From an uncultured Clostridia bacterium (GTDB taxonomy: Bacteria > Bacillota > Clostridia > Christensenellales > UBA1242): DNA of 36,918 nucleotides. The notes beneath the pieces are model-generated. The model did no database searches. It was not told where the DNA came from and saw only the letters and a program-made list of their open reading frames with translations. The stretch's first letter is position 1. The number at the start of each line of letters is the position of its first letter. The position numbers and the translations under genes were made by a program. This document shows positions 1 to 8,269 of this stretch, one piece after another. The DNA is taken from assembly GCA_944384485.1 (NCBI GenBank), contig CALWTO010000014.1:1-36918 (forward strand), in the 5' to 3' direction.

Positions 1-2
1 AA

Positions 3-1376
3 GAAACAACAGAGGAAGAAAGTGAAAGCGTTACTTTTGAAGGTTACAGCAAAAATGCAAAAATTGAAAATGGAGTGATAAAAAAGACTTCTGTTGCAAA
101 GAAGGTTATTGATGAATATGATTATGATGCTTCAAATGCACATGATTATAGCAATAAAGAAGATAAAGATTACATTTACACAAGTTTTGTAAAATTTGTT
201 ACAAGTGAAAACGAGAACTATCAAAAAGCTTTTGAACAATATAGACAAGATTTAATCACTTCTGAAAAAGGATTAAATCTTTCTACAAACACAGTCGAAT
301 TGTTTGCAAGAGAAATTGATAGACTGGCAAATTTAATGTTTGAAAATTATTTAATCGAGTTATACGGAGAATATTATCAAGACTATAGTGAAGTTTCTTC
401 TGTCACAATAAATGATGTTTTACAACTTTACTCAAGCAAAGTGAGAAAAGGCTATGTTCAATATGTAATTGAGCAAAATTCTTCTTATGATGAAAATATG
501 CAAAAAAATCCTTCTACCGTTTACTACTACAAAAACGATAACGATACAAAATATTTTACAGTGGCAAATGTTCTTGTTAAATTTAATGATGAACAACAAG
601 AAACATATAATGAATTGTATGAAAAATTTTATGGCCAAAGTCCTGATGATGGAGATGCTCCAGAAGTAGGAGATATGGGTTATGATGGAAGTTATTCAAA
701 AACTCAATATGAAGCGGATCTGAATGAACTTTATGGAAGCCTTGAATATATTGTAAGAGAACCAGATAGCAAAGGGGAAGTTTACACTGAAAAAGGCAGA
801 GTAGCTGATCTTGACGGCTTATGGACTACAATATCAACACAGCTTAAAAATGCAAAAGATGACAGTCAAAGAGCATCGCTTATAAAAGATTATATTTATC
901 TTTATGGTGAAGATACTGGAATGATAAATGCTGAATCAATGTATGTTGTTGGAGTTGACAGCGAAGGGAACGCAGTTTCATCTTTTGTTGATCCATTTAA
1001 CGATGCGGCAATTGAACTTTATAACAACGGCAATGCAAAATTTGGTGATGTTTCTCAATTCGTTAGAACAAGTTATGGCCTTCATATATTAATTTATACA
1101 GGAGTAGCAGAAAATCCAAACATTGTAAAATTGCAAGAAGCAGTCAATGAAAATGTTGTTTTTGAATATGAAGAAGGTGATGAATATAATGCAGATAGTG
1201 CAATTTATATTCTTTATAATACAAAAGTAAATCCTATTGTCGACAAAACTTATTTTGATGTTTTGTATGATGAACTTTATGAAGATTCTTCAACGTTAGA
1301 ATCTGAAAAATTGCAATCAGCAAAAAACCAATATACTATCACTCATTATGAAAGCAGATATGCCGACCTAGTTTAA
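3..1376 (+). CDS. PpiC/parvulin-type peptidyl-prolyl isomerase (PrsA/SurA-like), 5'-truncated by the window edge
   Basis: The frame is open from nt 3, with no stop before the listed GTG at 75, so the gene begins upstream of the window. The C-terminal part has a parvulin-like block: SSFVDPFNDAAIELYNNG...FGDVSQFVRTSYGLHILIY. A terminator hairpin follows. Confidence 0.5.
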   Translation, partial: ETTEEESESVTFEGYSKNAKIENGVIKKTSVAKKVIDEYDYDASNAHDYSNKEDKDYIYTSFVKFVTSENENYQKAFEQYRQDLITSEKGLNLSTNTVELFAREIDRLANLMFENYLIELYGEYYQDYSEVSSVTINDVLQLYSSKVRKGYVQYVIEQNSSYDENMQKNPSTVYYYKNDNDTKYFTVANVLVKFNDEQQETYNELYEKFYGQSPDDGDAPEVGDMGYDGSYSKTQYEADLNELYGSLEYIVREPDSKGEVYTEKGRVADLDGLWTTISTQLKNAKDDSQRASLIKDYIYLYGEDTGMINAESMYVVGVDSEGNAVSSFVDPFNDAAIELYNNGNAKFGDVSQFVRTSYGLHILIYTGVAENPNIVKLQEAVNENVVFEYEEGDEYNADSAIYILYNTKVNPIVDKTYFDVLYDELYEDSSTLESEKLQSAKNQYTITHYESRYADLV

Positions 1377-1399
1377 AACTTAAATATTAATTTATAGAA

Positions 1400-1434
1400 A
1401 TGTCTTTGTTAAGTTGACAAGGACATTTTTATTT
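1400..1434 (+). terminator. Rho-independent terminator after the PPIase-like gene
   Basis: ATGTCTTTGT (1400-1409) pairs with ACAAGGACAT (1417-1426), giving a 10-bp stem with one G-U pair and a 7-nt loop. TTTTATTT follows. Confidence 0.6.
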
Positions 1435-1442
1435 GTTAAACT
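1414..1442 (+). promoter_or_regulatory. Sigma-70-type promoter with extended -10, probably giving a leaderless mRNA that starts at ATG 1449
   Basis: TTGACA (1414-1419), 17-nt spacer ending in TGt, TAAACT (1437-1442). Then 6 nt (ATGCTT) and ATG at 1449. No Shine-Dalgarno is present. The -35 lies inside the preceding terminator hairpin. Confidence 0.5.
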
Positions 1443-1448
1443 ATGCTT

Positions 1449-2927
1449 ATGCAAAAAAGAGGAGAGAAAAAAACAGAGTCTGTTGTGGAATTTAAGACAG
1501 AACAACTTGTTTTACCGGAAATAAAAAAAGATTTATTGACTGAAAAAAAAGTTGATGAAAATTCAACCGCTTTTGTTGATGAAAAAATTGCATTAAAAAA
1601 AGGACAATTATTTTACTCTAATTGCTCCGCTAAAAACAAAAATAAAAATCTAAAAAAAACAAGCATTGTAAAAAATGCTTTAAATTCACATCAATTAAAA
1701 ATAAGGCATGATTCTATTTTTGCGAAAGCAACTACAGAAGAAGAGCAAAAGTTGAAGATGGCAGAAGCCGAGCAATCTGCGTCTAAAAAAAGTAGCAAGA
1801 AAAGTAAATTGACAAATTTAATTTTTTTCTTTGTAAATATAGCTGTTGTTGCAGGAATTTTGGTTTATCAACTTTCCAAAGAAGAATTTGCACCTTTATC
1901 TGGACTTAAATTTAATTTTATAGCAATAATTATTGCTTTATTGTTTTTTGGATTGACCATTTTTTCAGAAACTTTAACAACAAGTTATTTAATGAAGATT
2001 TCCACAGGCAAGTGGAGGTTTGTTTTTTCATATAAGTTGACTTATATTGGAAGATACTATGACTGTGTTACTCCTATGGCAACAGGCGGACAACCTTTCC
2101 AAATAACATATTTAAAATCACACGGAGTCCCACTACATACATCACTGTCTATTCCACTTGGCAAATATATATTTGGACAAATTGCATGGTTTTTCTTAAG
2201 CATAGTATGCTTGATTTATAGTTTTGTAAATCCTACACAAAATACATTTGTTTCTATTACTAGTATTATTGGTTTTGTGCTTGGCTCTGTTTTGTTGGTT
2301 GCGACAGTCTTTTTATGTGTTTGTAAAAGTTTTGGGCATAAATTGGTTGTTAAAACCTTAAAATTACTTTACAAAATGAAAATCATAAAAAATTATGATA
2401 AACAATATGAAAAAATTACCAAATATATTAGTGATTTTCAAGATGTTATGCAACAGTATGCAAAATCACCAAAGGATTTTTTTATCATTGTTGGATTAAG
2501 CATAATTAAAATGATATTTATTTACAGTACACCATTTTTTATTATTTCTTTCTTTAATGGTGGTTTGGAAGGGAGTATGTTTATTCCTGTTTTTGTAATG
2601 TGCTATTTAGTTGACATTGCTTCATCATTTTTCCCTTTGCCTGGTGGAACGGGAATGAATGAAATTTCATTTGCTGCAGCATTTGGCTCAATTGTGGGAC
2701 AAAATAATATTTTAGTTTGGGTTCTTTTGGGCTGGAGATTTTTCTCATATTATATTTATTTATTGCAAGGTATTATCATTTTATCTTATGATTTCAGCAT
2801 AGGAAACAGAAAATATAAATGGCTTGTATGCAAAGAAAATTTAAAAGAAGAAAGCAATCAATTTAAACAAATGCAAATTGATAAATTTAGAAAGGAAAGA
2901 TTAAAAAGAAGAAGTAAAAATGCATAA
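1449..2927 (+). CDS. Flippase-like membrane protein with a lysylphosphatidylglycerol-synthase TM-region (MprF N-terminal/UPF0104) domain and no visible aminoacyl-transferase domain
   Basis: Multipass TM protein with the family motifs VTPMATGGQPFQITYLKSHGV and FFPLPGGTGMNEISFAAAF. A K-rich soluble N-terminal region of about 120 aa precedes the TM part. The track start is 1443; ATG 1449 is preferred because of the promoter geometry. Confidence 0.7.
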   Translation: MQKRGEKKTESVVEFKTEQLVLPEIKKDLLTEKKVDENSTAFVDEKIALKKGQLFYSNCSAKNKNKNLKKTSIVKNALNSHQLKIRHDSIFAKATTEEEQKLKMAEAEQSASKKSSKKSKLTNLIFFFVNIAVVAGILVYQLSKEEFAPLSGLKFNFIAIIIALLFFGLTIFSETLTTSYLMKISTGKWRFVFSYKLTYIGRYYDCVTPMATGGQPFQITYLKSHGVPLHTSLSIPLGKYIFGQIAWFFLSIVCLIYSFVNPTQNTFVSITSIIGFVLGSVLLVATVFLCVCKSFGHKLVVKTLKLLYKMKIIKNYDKQYEKITKYISDFQDVMQQYAKSPKDFFIIVGLSIIKMIFIYSTPFFIISFFNGGLEGSMFIPVFVMCYLVDIASSFFPLPGGTGMNEISFAAAFGSIVGQNNILVWVLLGWRFFSYYIYLLQGIIILSYDFSIGNRKYKWLVCKENLKEESNQFKQMQIDKFRKERLKRRSKNA

Positions 2928-2955
2928 TAATTAACTTGTCGACCAAAATAAATTT

Positions 2956-3507
2956 ATGAAAATTAATAAATCAAATTTTGGTTGGCTATTTGCTTGTATA
3001 GGGCTATTTATCTTACTTGCAATATCTATTTATCTGGGAGTAAGTGGCTTTTTCTTTAAAACTCAAAATTCATATACAACTGATTTAAAATTGGGACAAA
3101 CTATAGAAGGTGGCTTAAACAAAAATCAAGCAACTTCAATGTCTTTGAATTTTTCTGGTGATTTTTTGCCAGGGGAAAAACTTCCTCAAATTGTTTCTGT
3201 CAAAAATTCAAGTGATGAAGATTTATTTGTAAGAGCAAAGGTTTTTATTTATAATTCACAAAATCAAACACAAGAAATTAATGTCATTGAAAATAGCAAT
3301 TGGAGTAAACAAGAAGATGGCTATTTTTATCTGACTGATTTAATTTCAAAAGAACAAAAAGTTAATTTTTGTTCACACATAATTGCCAGCGAAGATTTTG
3401 TTACTTTAAGTTGGAAAAAATATATTGTTACTTTTGTCTTTGAAACACTTGATAGCGAAAGTGATGTTATATCTTTATGGGGAATAAATCCAATCGAAAT
3501 CATTTGA
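2956..3507 (+). CDS. Exported protein, possibly TasA/camelysin-type (SipW-class signal peptide family)
   Basis: N-terminal K-rich and hydrophobic signal ending in GVSGFFFKT. The block LPGEKLPQIVSVKNSSDEDLFVRAKVFIY resembles the PGD...v.N.g..d.yvRvkv signature of this family. The gene ends in TGA. Confidence 0.4.
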   Translation: MKINKSNFGWLFACIGLFILLAISIYLGVSGFFFKTQNSYTTDLKLGQTIEGGLNKNQATSMSLNFSGDFLPGEKLPQIVSVKNSSDEDLFVRAKVFIYNSQNQTQEINVIENSNWSKQEDGYFYLTDLISKEQKVNFCSHIIASEDFVTLSWKKYIVTFVFETLDSESDVISLWGINPIEII

Positions 3508-3553
3508 CATAAAACAAAAATCAATTTATAATTGTAAAAAACAAGGAGAAATT

Positions 3554-3784
3554 ATGCCAAATTTTAAAATTCCACCACCACCTCCACCACCAAATTTTAA
3601 TTTTACAAATAAAACAAACAATGAGCAGAAAAAAACTTCACCACTTTCAAAAACGGAAGGAAAACAAAATCTTGACAAAAAAAATAAATTGTCTGAAAAA
3701 GGGAAAAAAGCTTTGTTTTTCTTTTTAGGGGCTTTATGTTTTGCTTCTTCAATCGTTATGTTTACTTTAATGTTTGTTTTATAA
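3554..3784 (+). CDS. Small tail-anchored membrane protein with an N-terminal polyproline tract
   Basis: Strong RBS AAGGAG 7 nt upstream of the ATG. MPNFKIPPPPPPPNF, a K-rich linker, then a C-terminal TM helix ALFFFLGALCFASSIVMFTLMFVL. Confidence 0.55.
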   Translation: MPNFKIPPPPPPPNFNFTNKTNNEQKKTSPLSKTEGKQNLDKKNKLSEKGKKALFFFLGALCFASSIVMFTLMFVL

Positions 3785-3840
3785 CAAATTTCTACATTTT
3801 TCAATATTCAATAATTAACAAAAATGGCAATCATTGTTTT

Positions 3841-4290
3841 ATGAAAACTTTGGTTGCTGTTTTATTTTTACCCTTGTTATGCTTTGCTGTTTATTATTTT
3901 TCAGCAGAAGAAATTTTGCCAATAGAGAATGCAAAAGCGGTAAGTTTTGTTACTACAAAAAAATTTGAAGGCTTGGATTGTATAAAAAACGGAAATGATT
4001 ACATTGTGACTATTTACAGCGATTTTTCAAATTTTTATACAACTAATAAAGATTTTATTAAGGGTTTTAATTTATATTTTGATGAAAATTTTAATTTAGA
4101 TATTTATTTAAAACAATTAAATGCAATTGTTTACAAAAGTTGCGATGTAGACAGCAAAGAGATTTATTATGGATATACAAATATTTTTAATGATTTTAGA
4201 TTTGTTGACGGAAAAAAAATAAATTTACAAATTGCAAAAGATGAAAATGCAGTAATAATTGGCTTCCCACTTATTCTTACAGGTTTTTAA
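3841..4290 (+). CDS. Hypothetical secreted or membrane-anchored protein (possibly YwmB/DUF1779-like)
   Basis: Signal-like N-terminus MKTLVAVLFLPLLCFAVYYFSA. The C-terminal ending KINLQIAKDENAVIIGFPLILTGF resembles the YwmB-family ending as I recall it. The track ORF starts at 3736, but that extension overlaps the previous gene and is not signal-like. No clear RBS. Confidence 0.45.
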   Translation: MKTLVAVLFLPLLCFAVYYFSAEEILPIENAKAVSFVTTKKFEGLDCIKNGNDYIVTIYSDFSNFYTTNKDFIKGFNLYFDENFNLDIYLKQLNAIVYKSCDVDSKEIYYGYTNIFNDFRFVDGKKINLQIAKDENAVIIGFPLILTGF

Positions 4291-4351
4291 TTTTTTTAAA
4301 TAATATGTATAAAATAATTTTTTATGGCAATAAATTTGGCAGGAGGTAAAA

Positions 4352-4915
4352 ATGGAAATATCAAGAAAAAACAAAGTCGTCGAATTTTTCAAAAATTATT
4401 GGATGTATGTATCTGTAGGGGTTACAATTTTGATTATTGCAATAGTTGTTGGAGTTGTGGCTGGCTCTCAAAATGCTTTACAAACCGGTAATACAAACCT
4501 TGAATTTGCTTTGCCAATGAACAATGCAACGATTATTAAAGATTATTCATCTACTGAATTACAAGAAAATCCAACATTAAATCAATGGGAAGCGCATCTT
4601 TCAATTGATTTCACATCTGAAAACAGTGATGTGTTTGCAGTTTTAGACGGAACAGTTTCTTCAGTAAGTTACGATATTTTAAATGGTAATGTCGTTGAAA
4701 TTACACATGAAAACGGATTTGTTAGCAGATACTGTTCTTTGGCAGAAAATCCAGATGTAAAAGAGGGCGACAAAGTTGTTGCAGGACAAAAAATTGGTTC
4801 AGCAAGTAGTACTGCAACAGGAGAAATAGATTTGGGTGAACATTTGCATTTTACTTTATATTTAAACGATTCGCCGGTTGATCCAAACAACTATTTAGAT
4901 TTGCAAAACAAATAA
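4352..4915 (+). CDS. Membrane-anchored M23 (LytM-domain) peptidase, SpoIIQ-like architecture
   Basis: RBS GGAGG. N-terminal TM helix (YVSVGVTILIIAIVVGVVAG). HxxxD motif (HLSIDF), EITHENGFVSRYCSL, and HxH (HLHFTLYLNDSPVDPNNYL). Confidence 0.8.
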   Translation: MEISRKNKVVEFFKNYWMYVSVGVTILIIAIVVGVVAGSQNALQTGNTNLEFALPMNNATIIKDYSSTELQENPTLNQWEAHLSIDFTSENSDVFAVLDGTVSSVSYDILNGNVVEITHENGFVSRYCSLAENPDVKEGDKVVAGQKIGSASSTATGEIDLGEHLHFTLYLNDSPVDPNNYLDLQNK

Positions 4916-4936
4916 GCAGAAATTTCTGCTTTTTTT
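4916..4936 (+). terminator. Rho-independent terminator after the M23 peptidase gene
   Basis: Palindrome GCAGAAATTTCTGC (4916-4929) followed by T7. Confidence 0.7.
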
Positions 4937-4937
4937 G

Positions 4938-4966
4938 TTTACATATTTTTCTATTTATGATACAAT
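4938..4966 (+). promoter_or_regulatory. Sigma-70-type promoter (extended -10) for the carrier-protein gene
   Basis: TTTACA (4938-4943), 17-nt spacer ending in TGa, TACAAT (4961-4966). GGAGG RBS and ATG at 4982 lie downstream. Confidence 0.6.
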
Positions 4967-4981
4967 ACCTTTGGAGGAATT

Positions 4982-5218
4982 ATGGAAACAATCGATAAAG
5001 TAAAAAAAATTATTGCGGAGCAATTATGTATTTCAACAGATGATATTGCAGATGACGCAAATGTTGTTGAAGATTTAGGCGCAGATTCATTAGATGTTGT
5101 AGAAATGCTTATGACTTTTGAAGATGAGTTTAAAGTTTCAATCCCTGACGAAAAACTTAAGGAACTTAGCACAATTCCATCAATAGTAAAACTTATTGAT
5201 GAATATAAAAAAGATTAG
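4982..5218 (+). CDS. acpP: Acyl carrier protein (phosphopantetheine-binding)
   Basis: 78 aa and acidic, with the motif LGADSLDVVEMLMTFEDEF; the attachment Ser codon is at 5087-5089. The gene has its own promoter and terminator. I cannot tell whether it is the housekeeping AcpP or a dedicated carrier. Confidence 0.85.
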   Translation: METIDKVKKIIAEQLCISTDDIADDANVVEDLGADSLDVVEMLMTFEDEFKVSIPDEKLKELSTIPSIVKLIDEYKKD

Positions 5219-5257
5219 ATTTCATTTTTTTAATTTGTAATTTTTTTTAAACAAAAG

Positions 5258-5283
5258 TTATGGTTTTATACCATAATTTTTTT
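5258..5283 (+). terminator. Rho-independent terminator after the ACP gene
   Basis: TTATGGT (5258-5264), loop TTTAT, ACCATAA (5270-5276), then T7. Confidence 0.55.
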
Positions 5284-5313
5284 ATTTTATTACTTTAAAG
5301 TATTATAGATTTC

Positions 5314-5342
5314 TTTACTTAATTCTATTTTTATGATAGAAT
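5314..5342 (+). promoter_or_regulatory. Sigma-70-type promoter (extended -10) for the ligase-acyltransferase operon
   Basis: TTTACT (5314-5319), 17-nt spacer ending in TGa, TAGAAT (5337-5342). RBS AAAGGA and ATG at 5377 lie downstream. Confidence 0.5.
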
Positions 5343-5376
5343 AAAAATGTTGATAATTGTATTTAAAGGATGAAAA

Positions 5377-6975
5377 ATGGAGAATATGACTTGTTACGAA
5401 ATGCTTATTAAAAATTGCAACTATAAAAAAGGTGCAATAATCTTTAATAAGCATAGAATTACAATGGAAAAATTTATTAAAGATATAGATGCTTTCGCGG
5501 AGTCTTTACATAATTTGGGATTTAAAAAAGGAGATGTTTTAACAATTTAGTTGCCTACATGTCCTCAATCGCTTGTTGGGTTTTATGCTTGTTCTAAATT
5601 AGGAATTATTGCAAATATAGTGCATCCCTTATTTCCATTGGACCAACTTAAAGACAATCTAATAAAAACAAAATCAAAAGGTTTGATGTTTTATGATATA
5701 TTAATTAAAAATCACAAAGAGCTTATAGGTTTGAATCAAATTTTAATAAGTTGTTCAATAGCGAATTATGTTTTTTTTAGAAAAGGAATTTATTATTTAT
5801 ATACTAAAATTAAAAGCAAAGCATGCAAGCGCACGTTAAAATATTCTAAACTTATAATGCAAAAACCTATCTATAACATAAGTAAAAAGAAAATTCTTCC
5901 TATTAAAGGTAAAAGCGAAGATGTGGTTTGTACAATGCATAGTGGAGGAACAAGCGGACAACCAAAAATTGTATGCTTAACAAATAAAGCTTTAAACAAT
6001 TTAAGCGTGTCACTTGAACAAATGTATACGAGAAAAAACCGTGGAAATGAGTATGGACTTGTTGCTTTACCTATGTTTCATGCTTATGGGTTAGGCGTTT
6101 CAGTTCATACTTGTTTGACAAATAAATATAGTTTAATTTTAGTTCCAAAGTTTTTGCCAAAAGAAATCAATAAATTAATCAAATATCACAATGTTACATT
6201 TATGGCTGGTGTTCCTATTATGTTTAAAAAAATGTTGGAACAAAAAAACTTTAGAGGTAGTTATTTAAGTAAATTAAGAGATTTGTGGTGTGGTGGAGAT
6301 GTTTTAAACGAGTCTTTTGTGGAATATTTTAACACGATTCTTGAACATTACAATGCTCCAGCAAGGCTTATGAGGGGGTATGGATTAACAGAAGTTTCAA
6401 GTGTTTGTGCAGTAAATACTTTTGAAAATTATAAAAAGTTTAGCTGTGGAAAAGCAATTCCTAATACTACAATTGAAATTTGGGACGAAAACGAAAAAAA
6501 ATTAAAAGCAAATTCAATTGGTGAAGTTGTTGTAAATTCTCCATCTGTTATGAAAGGTTATCTTGACGGCGATGGATTTGTGCAAAAAAATGATAAAATT
6601 TGGATTAAAACAGGTGATTTAGGTTACTTAGATGAGGAAGGATTTTTATTTATTTTAGATAGAAAGAAGAGATCAATAAAAATTAGTGCTGTAAACATTT
6701 TCCCTTCAGAAATAGAGGATGTTGCAAAAAATCATCCAGATGTAGATGAAGCATGTGCAGTTGCTTATCATTACAAAGAAAAGGTTTATATTAAACTTTA
6801 TGTTACATTAAAAGATGACCAACTTAATAAAGAAAAAATCAAACGAGAGATCTTTGCTCTTTGTGAGAAAAAATTGATTAAGTATTCATGGCCTCGATTG
6901 ATTGAAATCATTGATGAAATGCCTAGAACTAATTTTGGAAAAGTCGATTATAAAAAATTTGAAATGTTAAGGTAA
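5377..6975 (+). pseudogene. AMP-dependent synthetase/ligase (FadD/acyl-CoA- or acyl-ACP-synthetase-like, ANL superfamily) interrupted by one in-frame TAG at 5548-5550
   Basis: ATG 5377 opens 57 family-like codons (…GDVLTI). TAG follows, and the same frame then continues (LPTCPQSLVGFYACSKLG…) for 474 codons. All core motifs are present: SGGTSGQPK (5941-5967), GYGLTE, TGDLGYLDEEGFLFILDRKKRSIKISAVNIFPSEIE, PRTNFGKVD. The track's TTG start at 5551 is the codon immediately after the TAG. Confidence 0.6.
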
Positions 6976-6979
6976 AAAT

Positions 6980-8257
6980 ATGATTAAACAAAAAACTTTA
7001 AGTTTAAATGAAGAAACAATAGATGAAAAAAATGATTGCAAAAATTTGAAAGAAACAAAAAGAATTAAAAGTATCGACAGATTTAGGGGATTTTGCGTAT
7101 TTGCAATGCTCATTTTCCAATTTTTAAAAAATTTTCCTAGTTTGGGATTTTTTTCTAGACTCGCAGATCACAGTTTGGAAAATGGAATAGTAATTTTGCC
7201 AGGTATGACTCTTGCTGACATCATTGCACCTGCTTTTATTTTTGCTATTGGGCTAACTTTTGCTCTTTCCTTCGTAAAATGGGAAAAATTATATGGAGCT
7301 AAATACGCTATCATTCATTATCTAGAAAGAGCACTTTCTATTATTGGGCTTGGGACTTTTCTTGCCCTTTGTAATAAATTTTTGGATATGTTTGGCGGAA
7401 ATTACACTTTAAATGCATTTGACTGGACTGTTTTTGCTTTTTCGGTTATTGCGTTAATAGGCTTAATATTAAGACTTTTAGCCTTGATTCCTGCATGGAA
7501 GAAAAAACTTTCGCCTGTTGCCGAGCAAATTTTTTACATAGCTTTGTCTTGTCTTGGTATTATGAATTTGATTATAACTTCAATTGATTATGCAAGCGTT
7601 GTAAATGGCAGTGCTTTTATGTATAACTATTGGGTTACATTGCAAGATATAGGTTTTGCAATATTGCTTGCTTTTCCTTTTGTCAAAGCCAAATCTTGGG
7701 TTAAATTTCTTGGCGCATCTTTAATTACGATCGTTTTTTCAATTTATCATCAAATTGGCAACAACCGTGAACTTCTTGATGTGATTGTGCACGGAGGTAT
7801 TGTTGGTGGATTTGGTTGGGGCGCAATGCTTATTTTTGATATGTTTATTGCTGACCTTTATTTTAAAGACAATAAGATAGCCTTTATTGTATCTGCTTTA
7901 TTTTGTGCAGTTGGAGTCATGGCAACGCAATGGCTTGGCACAATAAATATGGGGAGTTGTTCTCCAACTTTTATATTAGTTGGGGTTGGTTTAAGTGGTT
8001 TAATTTTTGAAATTTTTGAAGTTACGGACAAATATTATAAATCAAAATTTGATCCGCTTGTATGGTGGGGTAAGAATCCTATCATAATGTTTTTAGTTGA
8101 ATTTTTCGTGATAGGTGTTTACACATCACTCATGCCTGCATCCGCTTTGGGAGAAGCACCAATTTGGCTTGCAATAATACAAGGAGTGATAGCAGTTGTG
8201 GCATTAACTGCATTTACATACTTACTTGCGAAAAAGAAAAAATCAATAAGTTTATAA
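6980..8257 (+). CDS. Multipass membrane acyltransferase-like protein (HGSNAT catalytic domain / DUF1624-DUF5009-like), paralog 1
   Basis: The start lies 4 nt after the ligase stop. The signature RIKSIDRFRGFCVFAMLIF, at least 9 predicted TM helices and LPGMTLADIIAPAFIFAIGLTF fit the R.xS.D.xRG motif of heparan-alpha-glucosaminide N-acetyltransferase-like proteins. Confidence 0.6.
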   Translation: MIKQKTLSLNEETIDEKNDCKNLKETKRIKSIDRFRGFCVFAMLIFQFLKNFPSLGFFSRLADHSLENGIVILPGMTLADIIAPAFIFAIGLTFALSFVKWEKLYGAKYAIIHYLERALSIIGLGTFLALCNKFLDMFGGNYTLNAFDWTVFAFSVIALIGLILRLLALIPAWKKKLSPVAEQIFYIALSCLGIMNLIITSIDYASVVNGSAFMYNYWVTLQDIGFAILLAFPFVKAKSWVKFLGASLITIVFSIYHQIGNNRELLDVIVHGGIVGGFGWGAMLIFDMFIADLYFKDNKIAFIVSALFCAVGVMATQWLGTINMGSCSPTFILVGVGLSGLIFEIFEVTDKYYKSKFDPLVWWGKNPIIMFLVEFFVIGVYTSLMPASALGEAPIWLAIIQGVIAVVALTAFTYLLAKKKKSISL

Positions 8258-8269
8258 AAGGAGATGATT

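Noticed and set aside
75-77. GTG at 75 as the start of the first gene.
   Set aside because: The frame is open back to nt 3, with plausible acidic coding sequence and no RBS before 75. The gene most likely starts upstream of the window.
3526-3804. 92-aa minus-strand ORF containing a GGGGGGG run.
   Set aside because: It is the antisense image of the polyproline codons (CCACCACCACCTCCACCACCA). The plus-strand ORF has a strong AAGGAG RBS and a clean TM tail, and the minus ORF has neither.
3736-3840. Upstream extension of the 3841-4290 ORF (track start at 3736).
   Set aside because: The extension overlaps the end of the preceding small gene and encodes F/Y/N/C-rich junk. The signal-peptide-like sequence begins at Met 3841.
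5548-5550. TAG in the ligase gene as a pyrrolysine or reassigned sense codon.
   Set aside because: TAG cleanly terminates the ACP gene (5216-5218) and spoIIID (10039-10041). No pyl genes or methylamine methyltransferase context are visible. A nonsense mutation or a sequencing error is simpler.
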